64,000 bases of DNA. It comes from Utricularia gibba (Eukaryota > Plantae > Magnoliophyta). A model generated the notes under the pieces. That model was not told the origin of the DNA. It did not search any database and was given only the letters and a program-made list of their open reading frames with translations. Numbering within the stretch: position 1 is the stretch's first letter; each line of letters begins with the position of its first letter. The translations under genes and the position numbers were made by a program. Shown here piece after piece: positions 50,842 through 63,200 of this stretch. The stretch covers positions 1,054,001-1,118,000 of the forward strand of contig CM007990.1 of the NCBI GenBank assembly GCA_002189035.1, in the 5' to 3' direction.

Positions 50842-52906
50842 CTACCTCGCTTGTCTTGCAGCAGCGACGATGGAAGCTCTGGCACGTGCAAAGGCAGCTA
50901 CCAGTGACCCCAGTTGCAGCTTCTCGTTACACGCTACACCTAACCTGTATCTGGTTCCAAACGCGTCTGGAATTGGTTAACTTTGTTTCTGGGACAAGAA
51001 GAAAAAACAGCTGTAATGATGACAAAGTCACATACTCGATGTCAGCCATTTCATTTATGAGATGGACTCGGGCCTTGAGTGGCATCTTGATCCTTAGAAC
51101 AAACCTGTTTTCAAGAAAATGAAACGAGGGTCATCTGATGGTTGGTGTATTTGGTGTGTGGTGTGAAACAAAGAAGGGCAAGGGGTCTCATACATGTTAA
51201 CTTCTCTAACAATGTCGACTAGCGCCAACCCTTTCCTGTTTTTCATTTCGAGGATACCTGTGGAATAGTTGGTGGGGCAGAATTTAGTAGGAGGTGTACG
51301 TAAGGATTGAGAGAGAGTTGACATTCATTAGAAGCTGTACTTTTGCAGCATGAGCTGAAGGGCTCATTCAGAAGCCAATGAGAGATCTGCTCTATGTCTT
51401 TTGGTAAAGGATTACCGGTACATAAATATACAGCTTCCTCGGTGATTTGCTGAGAGGCCATATGCGTTGACTGAAAACAAACGGAAATTCTTGCAATAGA
51501 ATGATCGTCTCAGTGCAAACTATGAGCCGCAGAAGGTGAACAAAATCATGGTAAAAATACAATATTAACCTGTAAAATATTCAAGGCCTTTCTCATGTCA
51601 CCGTTGCTGAGCCGCACAAGAGCTTTCAAACCATTTTCCGGTACAACAAGCCTGAATCGATGAAACACGAAGTAGGGTGACCCTGATCGTGAATGCTACC
51701 CTTATCTATTGGAAACACTAAATGCTTCAAAGTGCAGCACTTACCCCTCCGCATTGATTACATGTTTAAGCCTCTGTGTGACATTAAAAGCATCCAGAGG
51801 AGCAAAGCGGAACCGTGTGCATCTTGATTGTAGTGCTGGTATAATCTTGTTAGCATTATTGCAGATCAAAGCAAATCTTGTACTTTTCGTGTACTTCTCT
51901 ATAACTGCATTACACCAATGCGCGGCATTATTAACTGAACTTAACCAGATATTGAAAAAAATGAACAACATTCTTGCCTCTGCGAAGAGCAAATTGAGCA
52001 TCCTTGGTCATAGCATCTGCCTCATCAAGAAGAACCATCTTTACTTGGGGCTTTGTCCTGCCGAAAAAAAGAGATACTCGTGCATTTAAGTTGAAATAAC
52101 AGCGCACAGCCCGTTGAGGTTAAAAGACAACAGGGAAAAAAAAACATCATAGGAAATTCACCATTTGAAGCCAAAGATATATATACATATTACATATCGA
52201 TAAAACCATGCATATGGAAGACTCGATAACCCTCAGAAAGCTAAGCTGCCCCACAAAAAACATCAAACTTCATTGACTTAAAACGAGGTTTGATCAAGAC
52301 AACCAGCTGTAGCATTTTCACATTCTTCTGAGTCATTCCCAACCCAATTATACTACCAGTTATCTTCATAAACAAGAACATGATGTGCACTCATCAGCTA
52401 TCCAAACACCAGAGTAAGCAGCTACCCAAAAGAGATGCTCTGGGTGCTAGCAAAGTCCTGTATCTGCTGCCTAACAACATCAATACCACGGTCATCAGAT
52501 GCATTCAGCTCTAAAACCATATTATGCAGCTGATTCCCATAAAGTTTCCTGGCCAGCGCCAGCACAGTGGTCGTCTTCCCCGTTCCAGGCGGTCCATACA
52601 GCAGCAAATGCGGCAACCTGTTCCCACTCGCTAATCTATCAACTGAACCAACAGAAAATGTTAAACTTCACGCACGAAGAAATCACCAAATCCAACAAAA
52701 TTCACAAACACGCACACCAAATAAAAATCAAAGAAATCGTGATTACTTGTTTCCACTATATCACGGTGAGCAGCAACGTCGTCGAGAGACTGAGGCCGGT
52801 ACTTCTCAACCCAAGGGATTCCCTTGGACTCCATTGATCGCCTCTCCCTGGCGCCTAAATCACCATAATCATCGTCAATTTCCATGACAGAAATCTCCTC
52901 CGCCAT
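50842..52906 (-). CDS. RFC5: replication factor C small subunit (human RFC5 type; called RFC3 or RFC5 in Arabidopsis)
   Basis: [11 protein letters not shown], Walker [47 protein letters not shown], ends [15 protein letters not shown]...ARQAR*. Confidence 0.94.
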
Positions 52907-53018
52907 TGACCTCACTCACGGCGTTTACTCTACCGTAGGATTTCTCACACTCGCCGCCCGGCCTTCTCCACAGTACCTCTGGCTCCGCTCGCAAACCCGA
53001 AGGGGATTTGAGTACACA

Positions 53019-53045
53019 TTTGGCGCCACTTACCTAAAACCCTAA
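53019..53045. promoter_or_regulatory. E2F site plus telo-box in the RFC promoter
   Basis: TTTGGCGC at 53019-53026 (TTTSSCGS consensus) and AAACCCTAA at 53037-53045, about 115-140 bp upstream of the RFC ATG. Confidence 0.7.
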
Positions 53046-53276
53046 TAAACCTTTCTCCTTTCTGGCAATTGGCTAAATTTTCTCAATTTTTTATTTGAAA
53101 AATAAATTTTCTCTCCAAAATTCACAATTTAAAAATGTAAAAAAAAAAAGAAAAGTAATACTTGTCGTTCCCATTGTACGGACGTCAATCACCATGTACA
53201 TGTGCAAATGCTACATATAATACAGAGCAGGGAACTTCTTCCAATATCTGCGCTTTATTCCTGCATCATCTTCCTC

Positions 53277-55744
53277 TTATGAATCAAAAGCCGCCGGGCA
53301 GAGTTCGTCGGAGACGCCACGTGCACCGGCCGGCAGCCACGAGCCATTTCTGTAACAAAGAGGCGCCCTTCTGCTAATAGAAAACAAAGGAGATGGATGT
53401 CATCAGATTGCTCCCAGCTCAGTGCGGCAGAAAGAAATGCTTCTTAAAAGATGGTGTGATCATCACTTGGGAAGTTTGTTGCAGTTTGCAGCAGCGAAAC
53501 CGATCCGGTATCGCTCGTTGTCGTAGACTACTAACTTGTCAAGCATAGAGATGTCTGCAAATTCAAGAATCCAATACTCATAGTTCAGGAACTGAGAAGT
53601 GGAGATGAAGAAACAGGATGGACTAAACGTCTGTTTAGTGCAGCTCCAACTTCAAAAGATTATTTCTAAAAGTGATTCTCGAGCAAAACATGCGTTGCTT
53701 TTATTCCACAGATAGCTAAAACAGTAAAGTGCTTCTAAAAGCACTTCTTTAGAGCTGTTTTCTGGAGCTGTACCAAACAGATGCTAACTCATACCTCCAA
53801 TCACGTTGGTGCTCCCCAGTCCGACTTCACTGCCATTCAGGATGCCTAAGCAGACATTTCCCCGTTCCTGAACCGGGAATTCGTCGAATCAAATGTTCCA
53901 GAGCAACGAATGTATTACCATACCAAAGATGAAGAGGGTGCTCACTGTGACTACGAGATAAGATTGTGGGGGTAGCTGAAACTGCGCATTTTTGGCATTG
54001 GTGAAGCTCAATCCCAGAGGCTTGAAGAAGATGGACACATCATTGATGGACTTAAAGGGCTTTTGCCCCTTCCAGCAAACAGGAAGGGAGCTGTCTGCTG
54101 CATCTTTTAGCTGCTTTCCGCTTATGCTCTCCTTAATCTGAAACCATACGCAAACATCTGCATCCTCTCGCAGGTAAAACACTACTGAAATACGGTTTAG
54201 TTCTAACCAAAGAGACGAGGGTGCTGTACGCTTTAGAGCTGAGGTAAGTGTATGTGCTTCCACTGTCAAAAACCACTGTAAGGCCTCTCAGTTTCGTTGC
54301 TTTTCCATCTATCAGAACGTCTGCAGGGCCTAAAGAGTAATGCTTCCTGATAGCACAATGGCGTGTAGTTCCATTAGGTTCAGTTGGCTACACTTCGTGC
54401 TTGGAATCAGAATGCAGAATATGAACACTTACGACTGGCTGGATGCAGACAGCCACTTGATCCCAGATGTGGGGAGAAAGCCATCTCCAAAAAACAAGTA
54501 GCCTTGGCCCTGTCCACTCAAGCAGTGGCCGATGATGTTTTTTGTGAGGCCCAAGCTGCTGAGCTGCGACAAAATGCTCGACTTTCCGATCCCAAGACCA
54601 AGAACTCCATCAGTAAATGGGAGATGAGATGAACCATAAACTTCTTGGTCATACCCACATCTGCAAATGCAGAGAGAATACTGCTACCTGAGGTAAAAGA
54701 AAAGGAAGAGAAGGTTGAGGGTAAGGTAAAGGAACTAGAACAGCAAACCCCTTACCCAAATCCCAACTGTGGTGCAGATGTTTTTCCATTGGAAAATTTA
54801 AGAGGGAAGTAGTCTTTGAGCAGCACACCCAATGACATGCCGGAATCAGCATACTCAACTTCATAGTCACACTGCTCTTGGGGTGCTTTGCATTTAACAT
54901 CACCAGAGTTTTGAAGAGAAACACACAGTGGATCTTGACATCTAAGAGGGTTTTTGCTTGGCCTATAAGGAGGGTGAGGAGCCTGAAAACATAAGGAAGG
55001 CATCAAGACCTCCATGAATGAGTAGTCTTTCAACTCAGGGTGAAAGTGAATTTAACTGAATTGCATTTGATGCAAGGCGCATCACACTGGATCCAAGTAA
55101 GGTCACTCCCAGTGTCTATATCAAGAAAGTAAGGCTTTGGAGGTTGGCCAATGTTGATAGTCACATAGTAGTATCTGAACCAAGATTATGCAAAATGATA
55201 ACAATCAGAGAGCAGTAGAGAATAATCCCATCAAGATTGAACTCCATTCAAATTTGTACATTTTAAACAAGGAAGCAAAGCAACAGTAATCTGCAATGGA
55301 AATGAACAAGTCCATTGTGTGTATGTTAAAAAATCCCTGCTGTTACACAGACCCCAAGTGAGAAACACTGAACTATTTTAATCAAGAAACACTAACACAG
55401 TCGTAAGGTCAACATCTGAACGACAGCGCCAAGAAGATATAAAGGATTAAGCTTTGAACCCAACATAGAAATCAACCAATGGAAACCTAGAAAGCTAAAA
55501 GAAAAAAGCAGCAAAAAACGCCAATCAAATTCTCTATAACAACAACAGTACAATCGCAGAAAACAGAGAGAGGGAGGGACCCTGTAGGATAAACATTTCC
55601 AGAAACAGGAAAGATCACCGAGGACGCAGAAACTCCTCCAGATTTGAGGGGTTCATCGGAAATGCCCCGGAAAAGTAAAGAAGCCCCTCCAGGCCAAGCC
55701 ATCAGGAGCAGCACCACCGCTCTGAGGTGCATGTTCCGATGCAT
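53277..55744 (-). CDS. nucellin/Asp1-like A1 aspartic protease, multi-exon
   Basis: Signal peptide, GNVYPTGYYYVTINIGQPPKPYFLDIDTGSDLTWIQCDAPC, CDYEVEYAD, DGVLGLG, second site VFDSGSTYTY, NVCLGILNG, VYDNER. The last exon (53277-53371) is inferred by splicing and is less certain. Confidence 0.92.
53627..53784. mobile_element. 158-bp Tourist (PIF/Harbinger-type) MITE in an intron of the aspartic protease
   Basis: 22-bp TIRs ACGTCTGTTTAGTGCAGCTCCA and TGGAGCTGTACCAAACAGATGC (4 transition differences), TAA target-site duplication at 53624-53626 and 53785-53787, internal palindrome AAGTGCTT-CTAA-AAGCACTT. Confidence 0.85.
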
Positions 55745-56281
55745 CAGAAAGAGATGAAACCGCCCTTTACGGCGAACCGACGACTCGGGAAAAGACCAAA
55801 GTACAGAAAAGTGATTGACAAAGAAGTCAAAATGGAGTAGCAGCAGTAGTTGTTGGCAGCTCCTCCCTGGAAAATTTACTTTCAACGAAGCTTTCCTACC
55901 CCTGGTTGATCCATATAGAGGTAGAAGATTAAGACATCATTATTATTATTATTATTATTAAAAAAACTTTAGAGTCTAGAGTTGATTAATGCCATTATAT
56001 TTATTTATTTTAAAATCCACAATAAAGTTATAAAATAATTACATATTCTTTTTAATCATATTTTTTAAATTCTTATATTGCGTGGGTCTTATTATTTAAT
56101 TCTTTTTTATCCTATATTTCAAAATATGTATCAAATATAATAATATTGTATATTAATTTATAAATAAAAATATAATTAAAACACCATATTAAAATATAAT
56201 AATTCAATACTTTAAAACAAAGATTTATTGATGAAACAAAAGGAATTAAAACTTAATTAGTGTGAGAAATCATACTAAGGG

Positions 56282-56966
56282 AGGGATGGATATTTATAGG
56301 ACACATGAATACTAAAAACAGACAAAAAAAATTCTGATGAGATTAAATGCATTAGCAATAGTTAGGAATGGCAAAAAGATCCTAAACATAGGATAAATGA
56401 AGTTATTTAGAAAAATGATCATTACTACTTTATTCTTATATATTGAGAAAAAAATTTACACATAGGATAATTATTTTTTTCACACATTTTCTAAACACAT
56501 GGTTATTTTTATAATTCATCCTAGATGTATTAGGACTAGATTTTTGGAGGGTTTAGGAAGAATAAGGGTTTAAAAATTTAAAACGAATAGTAGAGCGAAA
56601 AAGGTGTGGATATTTTTATTAAATTCACAATTATATCTATAATACTCGTAAATTTTTAAATAACATATAATATATTATTGATATTTATCATTTAACATCA
56701 AATAAGTTAATTTAAATTTAAATTCATACTATCCAAAGTTCATTCAACTCATTTAATTTATAAAATGAAATAATGAATATCTTTAAATAATTATAGTTTA
56801 AAATATAAGAACAAAAGTTTTGTAGTTTCTATACCACGCTACGTATTTCTATTGTTTAAGTATTGAAGAAGATGCAAGAAATATATGGAAAATTTTGAAA
56901 AAAATATTATATCATTATTAAATTTATTATATATTGTGGAGTACTTGCTAGGGATGGATATTTATA
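56282..56966 (+). repeat. exact 17-bp direct repeat AGGGATGGATATTTATA, possibly hAT-like element ends
   Basis: Copies at 56282-56298 and 56950-56966 in AT-rich DNA. (T)AGGGATG resembles plant hAT-type termini; no TSD found. Confidence 0.45.
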
Positions 56967-57732
56967 AGGGTAGGATATAGATTTGAAAATTCAAATTCAC
57001 AATGAATTTAGATCATGTATGGATTTGGAATTTGAATTTGTGGAACAGATGTAGATGTAGTGAAACTCTATCTAAACTAGATCTGTTAGCATTCTTAATA
57101 ATGGTATGATCACATAAGTGATATTGTATAAATAAATTAGACATATATCGTATCATTCGATTCTAATGTGATATTTTCCAAATCGTTCGAATTTACAAAT
57201 CTCACAATATACAATTTTGAAAAATGAATACTTAATCATTTGAGAACTATTTCACGTTCAAAAAAACGATCATAAGATTGTAGATTGGAGCACACCATCA
57301 GAAAGTTGATCCAAATGTTACAAACAGGTAACTCATGTGCTTATTATATATTTAAAATTATTTATGTTTTAATAAATACTAATTATAAAATTAAATACAT
57401 GTTTGATACATTTACAATAAATTTATATTATATATGCTAAATTTATTTAAAATATACAAAACTTGATTGATAAGAAAAAAAATTTCAAGAAACATAATGG
57501 TGACGACTGACGATGCACGTCTCTGAATTCCCATTGGCTTTGCCAACGAATACTGCACTATATAAGGCCCAGGGGGCCGGGCCTAGAAGTTTCTTGGGAA
57601 ACCGCCATTACGGCCCACCGCTTATAAAAATGCCTGTTGCTTGACCACGACAAGGTTGCAAGTCTTCGGCAATTTTGTTTTTTAGGCGCTTTGATTGTAA
57701 AGAGACTGCAGCTCTTCGTCTCCGCGAGGTCT

Positions 57733-59195
57733 ATGGAGTCTTTCACGTCCTTCTCCGATCTATTCACGTCTCGGAACGGGTGGAGATATGATGCTCTAAA
57801 GAATTTCAATCACATCTCTCCATCCGTTCAATCGCATCTTAAGCAGGTTTGCATTTTTCTCTTGTTATGTTTTTTCCTACAAATTTCGTGTTCCTCGGGG
57901 TTGTATTGTTTGGATCTGTGAGATGTTTTCTCGTTTTTTTGGGATGAGATGGTTTTTTTCGATTTGTGGAAGGCGTGGATGTGGAGTCATCTATGCGTTT
58001 AAGTTTTTGTGTTGATTTTTAGCGAAGGATTTGTAATGAAATTCTATGCTGCAAGCCAGGTATACCTGTGCCTGTGTTATGCGGTGGTGGCATCAGCAGT
58101 AGGTGCATATCTTCACATTATCTGGAATATTGGGGGAACGCTGACGACTTTGGGATGCATTGGCTGCATGTTCTGGCTTGTAGCTACGCCTACTTATGAG
58201 GAGGTTGGTGGAAATTTCATTTTCGGTCATGTACTCCGTTTTATATCCGTATTTCTTTAATCGATGTGTTGTTGTAACCAACAGAAAAAGAGGATGTCAC
58301 TTCTGATGGCAGCAGGGTTGCTTGAAGGGGCATCTCTGGGTACATTGATTCAGTTGGCGATAGAATTCGACTCCAGGTACGTCTATCTTACCGAACTTTA
58401 TCGTCCACTTCATGGTCTCTATCTTATCTTCCCTTACCATCATCGAGTTTGATGGGGCATATGCATGTATCATTACTTTCTTCAAGTACCTAGCAACACA
58501 TGAACATCAGAATCTGCAATCCTTTCTCCCTATTTAGTTTTCCCTTTCATAGACAGAATAGGGGTGGCGGTGTTTTTGGCTTCACTTGTCTCAACTCCAC
58601 AATTCCCACTTTCCTTCTCTTCTCTTCTCAGCATCCTCGTCAGTGCCCTTGTTGGCACCGCTCTGGCATTTGGCTGCTTTTCCATGGCCGCCATGGTGGC
58701 TAGGCGCAGGGAGTACCTCTACCTTGCAGGCGTCCTTTCCTCCGGTTTCTCAATCCTTATCTGGTTGCAGTACGCATCCCTGATCTTCGGTGGCTCCACA
58801 GCTCTCTTCACATTCGAGGTATTCCAACGCGATTAACTCCTCAACATCCTCAAATAGCAGCGAGCCTTCTAATCCTCTCCTTCCCCTTATGCATTGCAGC
58901 TTTACTTTGGACTGCTACTCTTCGTGGGCTACATAGTCGTCGACACCCAAGATATCATCGAGAGAGCCCACGTCGGTGACATGGACCATGTGAAGCACGC
59001 TCTCCTGCTATTCACCGACTTGGCTGCTCTCTTTGTGCGCCTTCTGGTTATCATGGTAAGAAGGATGCTCTTAGGATTTGAACACCGTTCTGGGTTTTTA
59101 GTATTCCTCTCAACATCAAATCACTGAATCTGGAATTGCAGCTGAAGAACGCATCCGCAAGGGAGGAGAAGAAGAGGAACAAGAGAAGAAACTGA
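57733..59195 (+). CDS. BI-1: Bax inhibitor-1, 6 exons
   Basis: DALKNFNHISPSVQSHLKQVYL, RRREYLYLAG, YFGLLLFVGYIVVDTQDIIERAH.GDMDHVKHAL.LFTD, basic tail EEKKRNKRRN*. Confidence 0.96.
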
Positions 59196-60213
59196 TGATC
59201 CGCAGACCCAATGCCAAGTACAATAGTTGCGCATGACAGCTTGTATTTAATTTGGCTCAACAGTTCATAATATTCCGACGTCTGGAACAATCGAATTAGT
59301 TTATAATTCCACTTGTATTTTCAAAATAAATAAATATTTGGAAAATAGGAAGTAGAATAATAGTGATAAGTAAAAAGATTATAAAATTAAAAAAAATGTC
59401 TAATAAATTATTTACAATAATGTATTTGATTCCTAATTCCTCAAATTCTATAAACCAAGTAATAAGTTTGAAAAAAATGAAATGAAATATAAAAGATAAA
59501 ATTTAATTATTCGAAAAATATATTAATAAGAAATATATAAAATATTTTCTTATGGGCACGCTTAAGCAGGGGAGAAAACCAAACAATGATGAGAATGTGG
59601 GACCGCGCCGTGCAGCGTGAGATGCGCACATTTTCTCAAAACCAAACAACCCAAGTGTAGCAAACATCAACCACAGGGGGAGCCGCATCAAACCAAAAGA
59701 AGCAGCACACATTAAGCCCCACCACAGTAATCATCATCATCATCATCAATCACCCCCTGAGCGAGCGTAGTAGACTCCTACCAAGTAAAACAATCATCCG
59801 AGACACATTTGAGAGTAGTAGTAGTAGTCGGTAATTGACACAACACCTCCGAGTGGAGTCGGGGATCATCCATCAGGGCAAGCTGTGCAAGGGGTACTAC
59901 AGCAGTCTTCTTCTTCTACCTGTCCAAACCTCCAGTAGCAGGCACCATTAACAAAATGCTACCGCTGTTTCTCCTTTGAAATACCACCACTTGTCTGTAG
60001 GTGAACAACGCCTCTTCTTGTTGGTCTGTGTCCCTTCATACTGCACCAGTAACGTAGCATTCGGATCAAGCAACAACCTTCATAGAGTTGAGCAACGAGG
60101 ATCTTGCTCAATGGGATCCATTCCTCCGGCTTCACGCCTCCTCAAATATCTATCGGCAAACAATGAGGCGTCACCGAGTAGATCTATGAACGGGGAGATG
60201 ATAGCGAAAAAGG

Positions 60214-63200
60214 CTAACCACTGAAGTGGAGTTTCTGGTTTTGGGGAGCCTGAGGCTGCTGACTCGAAGGCTGCTGCTGCAGAGAAGTTTGAACACTGAC
60301 GGGTGGCTGCGAATTGTAGTGGGCGTAGGGCTGTGAATAGAGGGGATTCATTAAACCCTGTAGAAAAAACCAAGGGGAGTGCTAATCAGAGTTCCAAAAT
60401 CAGGGCAACGTACACAATAATGTGAATCTGTTCATCGGCAATTTCTTTCAGACTTTTCTCTAAACAGACAAACACGCGCAAAAGAACCTGTGAGTGAAGT
60501 GGATTAGCACTCGGCATGCCAAAATGGTTCTGCGAAGCCTCATCTTGAGATTGATCATTGAAGGGAGCCTGAGTGAATAAGCCGTGGGTTCCCATGTAGT
60601 CCTGGATTTAACATGCCCAAATGACATCCAATTTCACATCAGATATGCTTGCATCATTTTGGTCACGAGACAAACAACCAGGGCAACTTCAATCCCCAAA
60701 AAAAATTCATTATTCACACCTGGGACATGTAGTCATTTCCTGCTGCAAATCGAGCATACCCAACACGGGAATTCTGGTTCATAAAACTTCCAGGGAATCC
60801 AGCCTGAGCTCCTTGTGTCATGTAATCCGTAGCATACGCGTTTTGAGAAGCCTGAGTTTCCACGAAGGGTCAGATAACACAAAAACCGGGGTCTATAAAT
60901 TAGACAGTACATAAATATGGATTAGCATTATCAAAAGCATGCCTGGGTAGAGAAATCTGAAACATTGTACGGAACATGTGATCCCTGACTTTTAAAATCA
61001 TCACCCAAAAACTCCTACGAAACAATCAAAATTGTTAAAAACATTTACATTGTCCACGAACACAAAGGCCAAACTCATCAAATACCTGTGACATGCCACC
61101 CATGGAGAAAGCATCCATGTATGCTTGGCTGGATCCTTGGCCAGCTACCTATAATGCGAGAGCTTATGCCAATTCTCATATAACAAAAATTGAGCAAGGT
61201 AACCATCAAAAAACTATAAGCTGAACTAACATGAGGCGATGCCCCTACTCCACCCACCGCTGCTTGACCAGTAGCATGCTCCGCTGGTGGGAAATTGAAG
61301 TTCGGTGCCAGACTTCCAACCACAGATGGTGAGCCTTGCTGCTGTGGAAGGTGACTGCCAATTGGTGCTGTGGAACTCCCGCGACCTTGAACAAATCCTC
61401 GGGTACTTGGTTGTGGAACTTGAGGAACTGTTCCAACAGGACCATATACTGCAGCACGAGTGGGAATGGCATATGGCTGAGATGGAAGGGTCCCAGGGTA
61501 TGGCGGAATTGGCACTCCAGGAACTGGATAACCAGAGGGGTGAACTCCAGGTTTATGAGAACCATTTGGAGTGCCATGTGGCATGTATTGACCTGAACCA
61601 AAAGGATAAATGATCCCATGAAAAAAAACACAATAAAGACAAATAAATAAATACATGGAAGCATCAATCCTATCCGACTTCATAATAAGCAGACGAATTC
61701 ATTCATTTTATTTTCTTTTAAAAGAAAACAGAATTACGAACTGCCTACCCCTAGAGCGAGCACCTCGCCTGTCAAGATTGGTGTTGGAAGATCCAAATGT
61801 ATCATTCGAAACCATTCCAGGTCTGGCACCATAGAACATTCTTCTCTCATTGTATAGCTAGAGGTGTTCAGCATCATAAATATGAAGGGACCAGTCAGCA
61901 TCCAAAAGCATTTGCAAACATGGAAATAAATCGAGTACCCACCTTTTTAGGCTTTTGAAATTGAACCATACTCTGCTTTAGGTTATTCAGGGGCCCTTCA
62001 ACTAAGCATTCATGCTCCTGATACACCAGATAATGTCACACAAATACCAAGCATGAAAGAAAATATATATAAACATGAGTGAACGTCAAGGCAATCTGTG
62101 GAATTTGCTAACTTCAAGTCACTAAATAAATTCAACACAACACGAATAAGAAAAAAAAATGAAAGAGAATGAATCACCTTATAATGTGTGAGTAAACCGT
62201 TCCAAAGAGGTTGTTTACTCAAAACTTTAGGATTTCCCAATATTACGATGCCATATCGGGCCCGTGTGAGAGCAACATTGAGCCGACGTGGGTCATTAAG
62301 GAAGCCAATTCCCTGTATAAAAATAATATGTAATAGACAAGTTAATACGACATAATTTTGAAGCACACCATCACTGCAAAAAATAGTTAAACAAGAGATA
62401 TAGGCCAGAAACCTGATGCTCATTACTCCTCACACAGGACAAGATGATGTAGTCCTTCTCCCTTCCCTGGAAGGAATCAACACTAGCAACCTGAAGGAAA
62501 CATTATGGCATTAGATATCTGGGGACTGCGGAGGTGTCAACGACCCAAATTAAAAGTGTCACCCTACCTCAATTTCCTTGTACAATTGCTGCCGCAAGGC
62601 ACCATTTCTAGACATGTAGTTTACAATGTATGCCCTCTGGCCCTCATATGGCGTTATAACACCAATCTGCATGATGCAATCATGCGAATAAAAAAAATTA
62701 AAATTTAAAATATCTTATTGAGATCATTGAACATGAGTTATCTTCCGCAGAACCTGACTAGGAACAACCCCGCTTTTCAAAAACGTTGTAACAATTTTCT
62801 CAACATTTGCTGCCTCAGTTCTGTTCAAATATGATGTTCCACTAGCACTTATCTCCTCTTGCCCCATCTGCACAGACAAAAATCAAACAAGAAAAGGTAT
62901 AAGCCCAAGTATATAATAGAAAACAAGTTATTACACAAGTCTTTTCATTTGAAAAACAATAATTGTCTTGACAATTGGTTACAAAAAATGCTCCATCTGC
63001 CTTATTCAGCATCTACACATGATCCCACTGAAAGAGTAGTTTTTCCCATATTTTGACATACCTGTACATAGAAAAACTTGGGTCGGCTTGGGACTGGCCA
63101 TGGAAAGTCAATTCCAGGAGACTGTCGTTCGTTCACTGTCACCCCATTCTGTAGAGTGCCTTCATAAAAGCTGTTTGAAGGAAACTCTGAAAGAGCAGGG

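Noticed and set aside
57497-57540. TGACG/CACGT plus ATTGG near the BI-1 TATA box as an ER-stress element
   Set aside because: Spacing does not match the CCAAT-N9/10-CCACG consensus, so it is not supportable from sequence alone.
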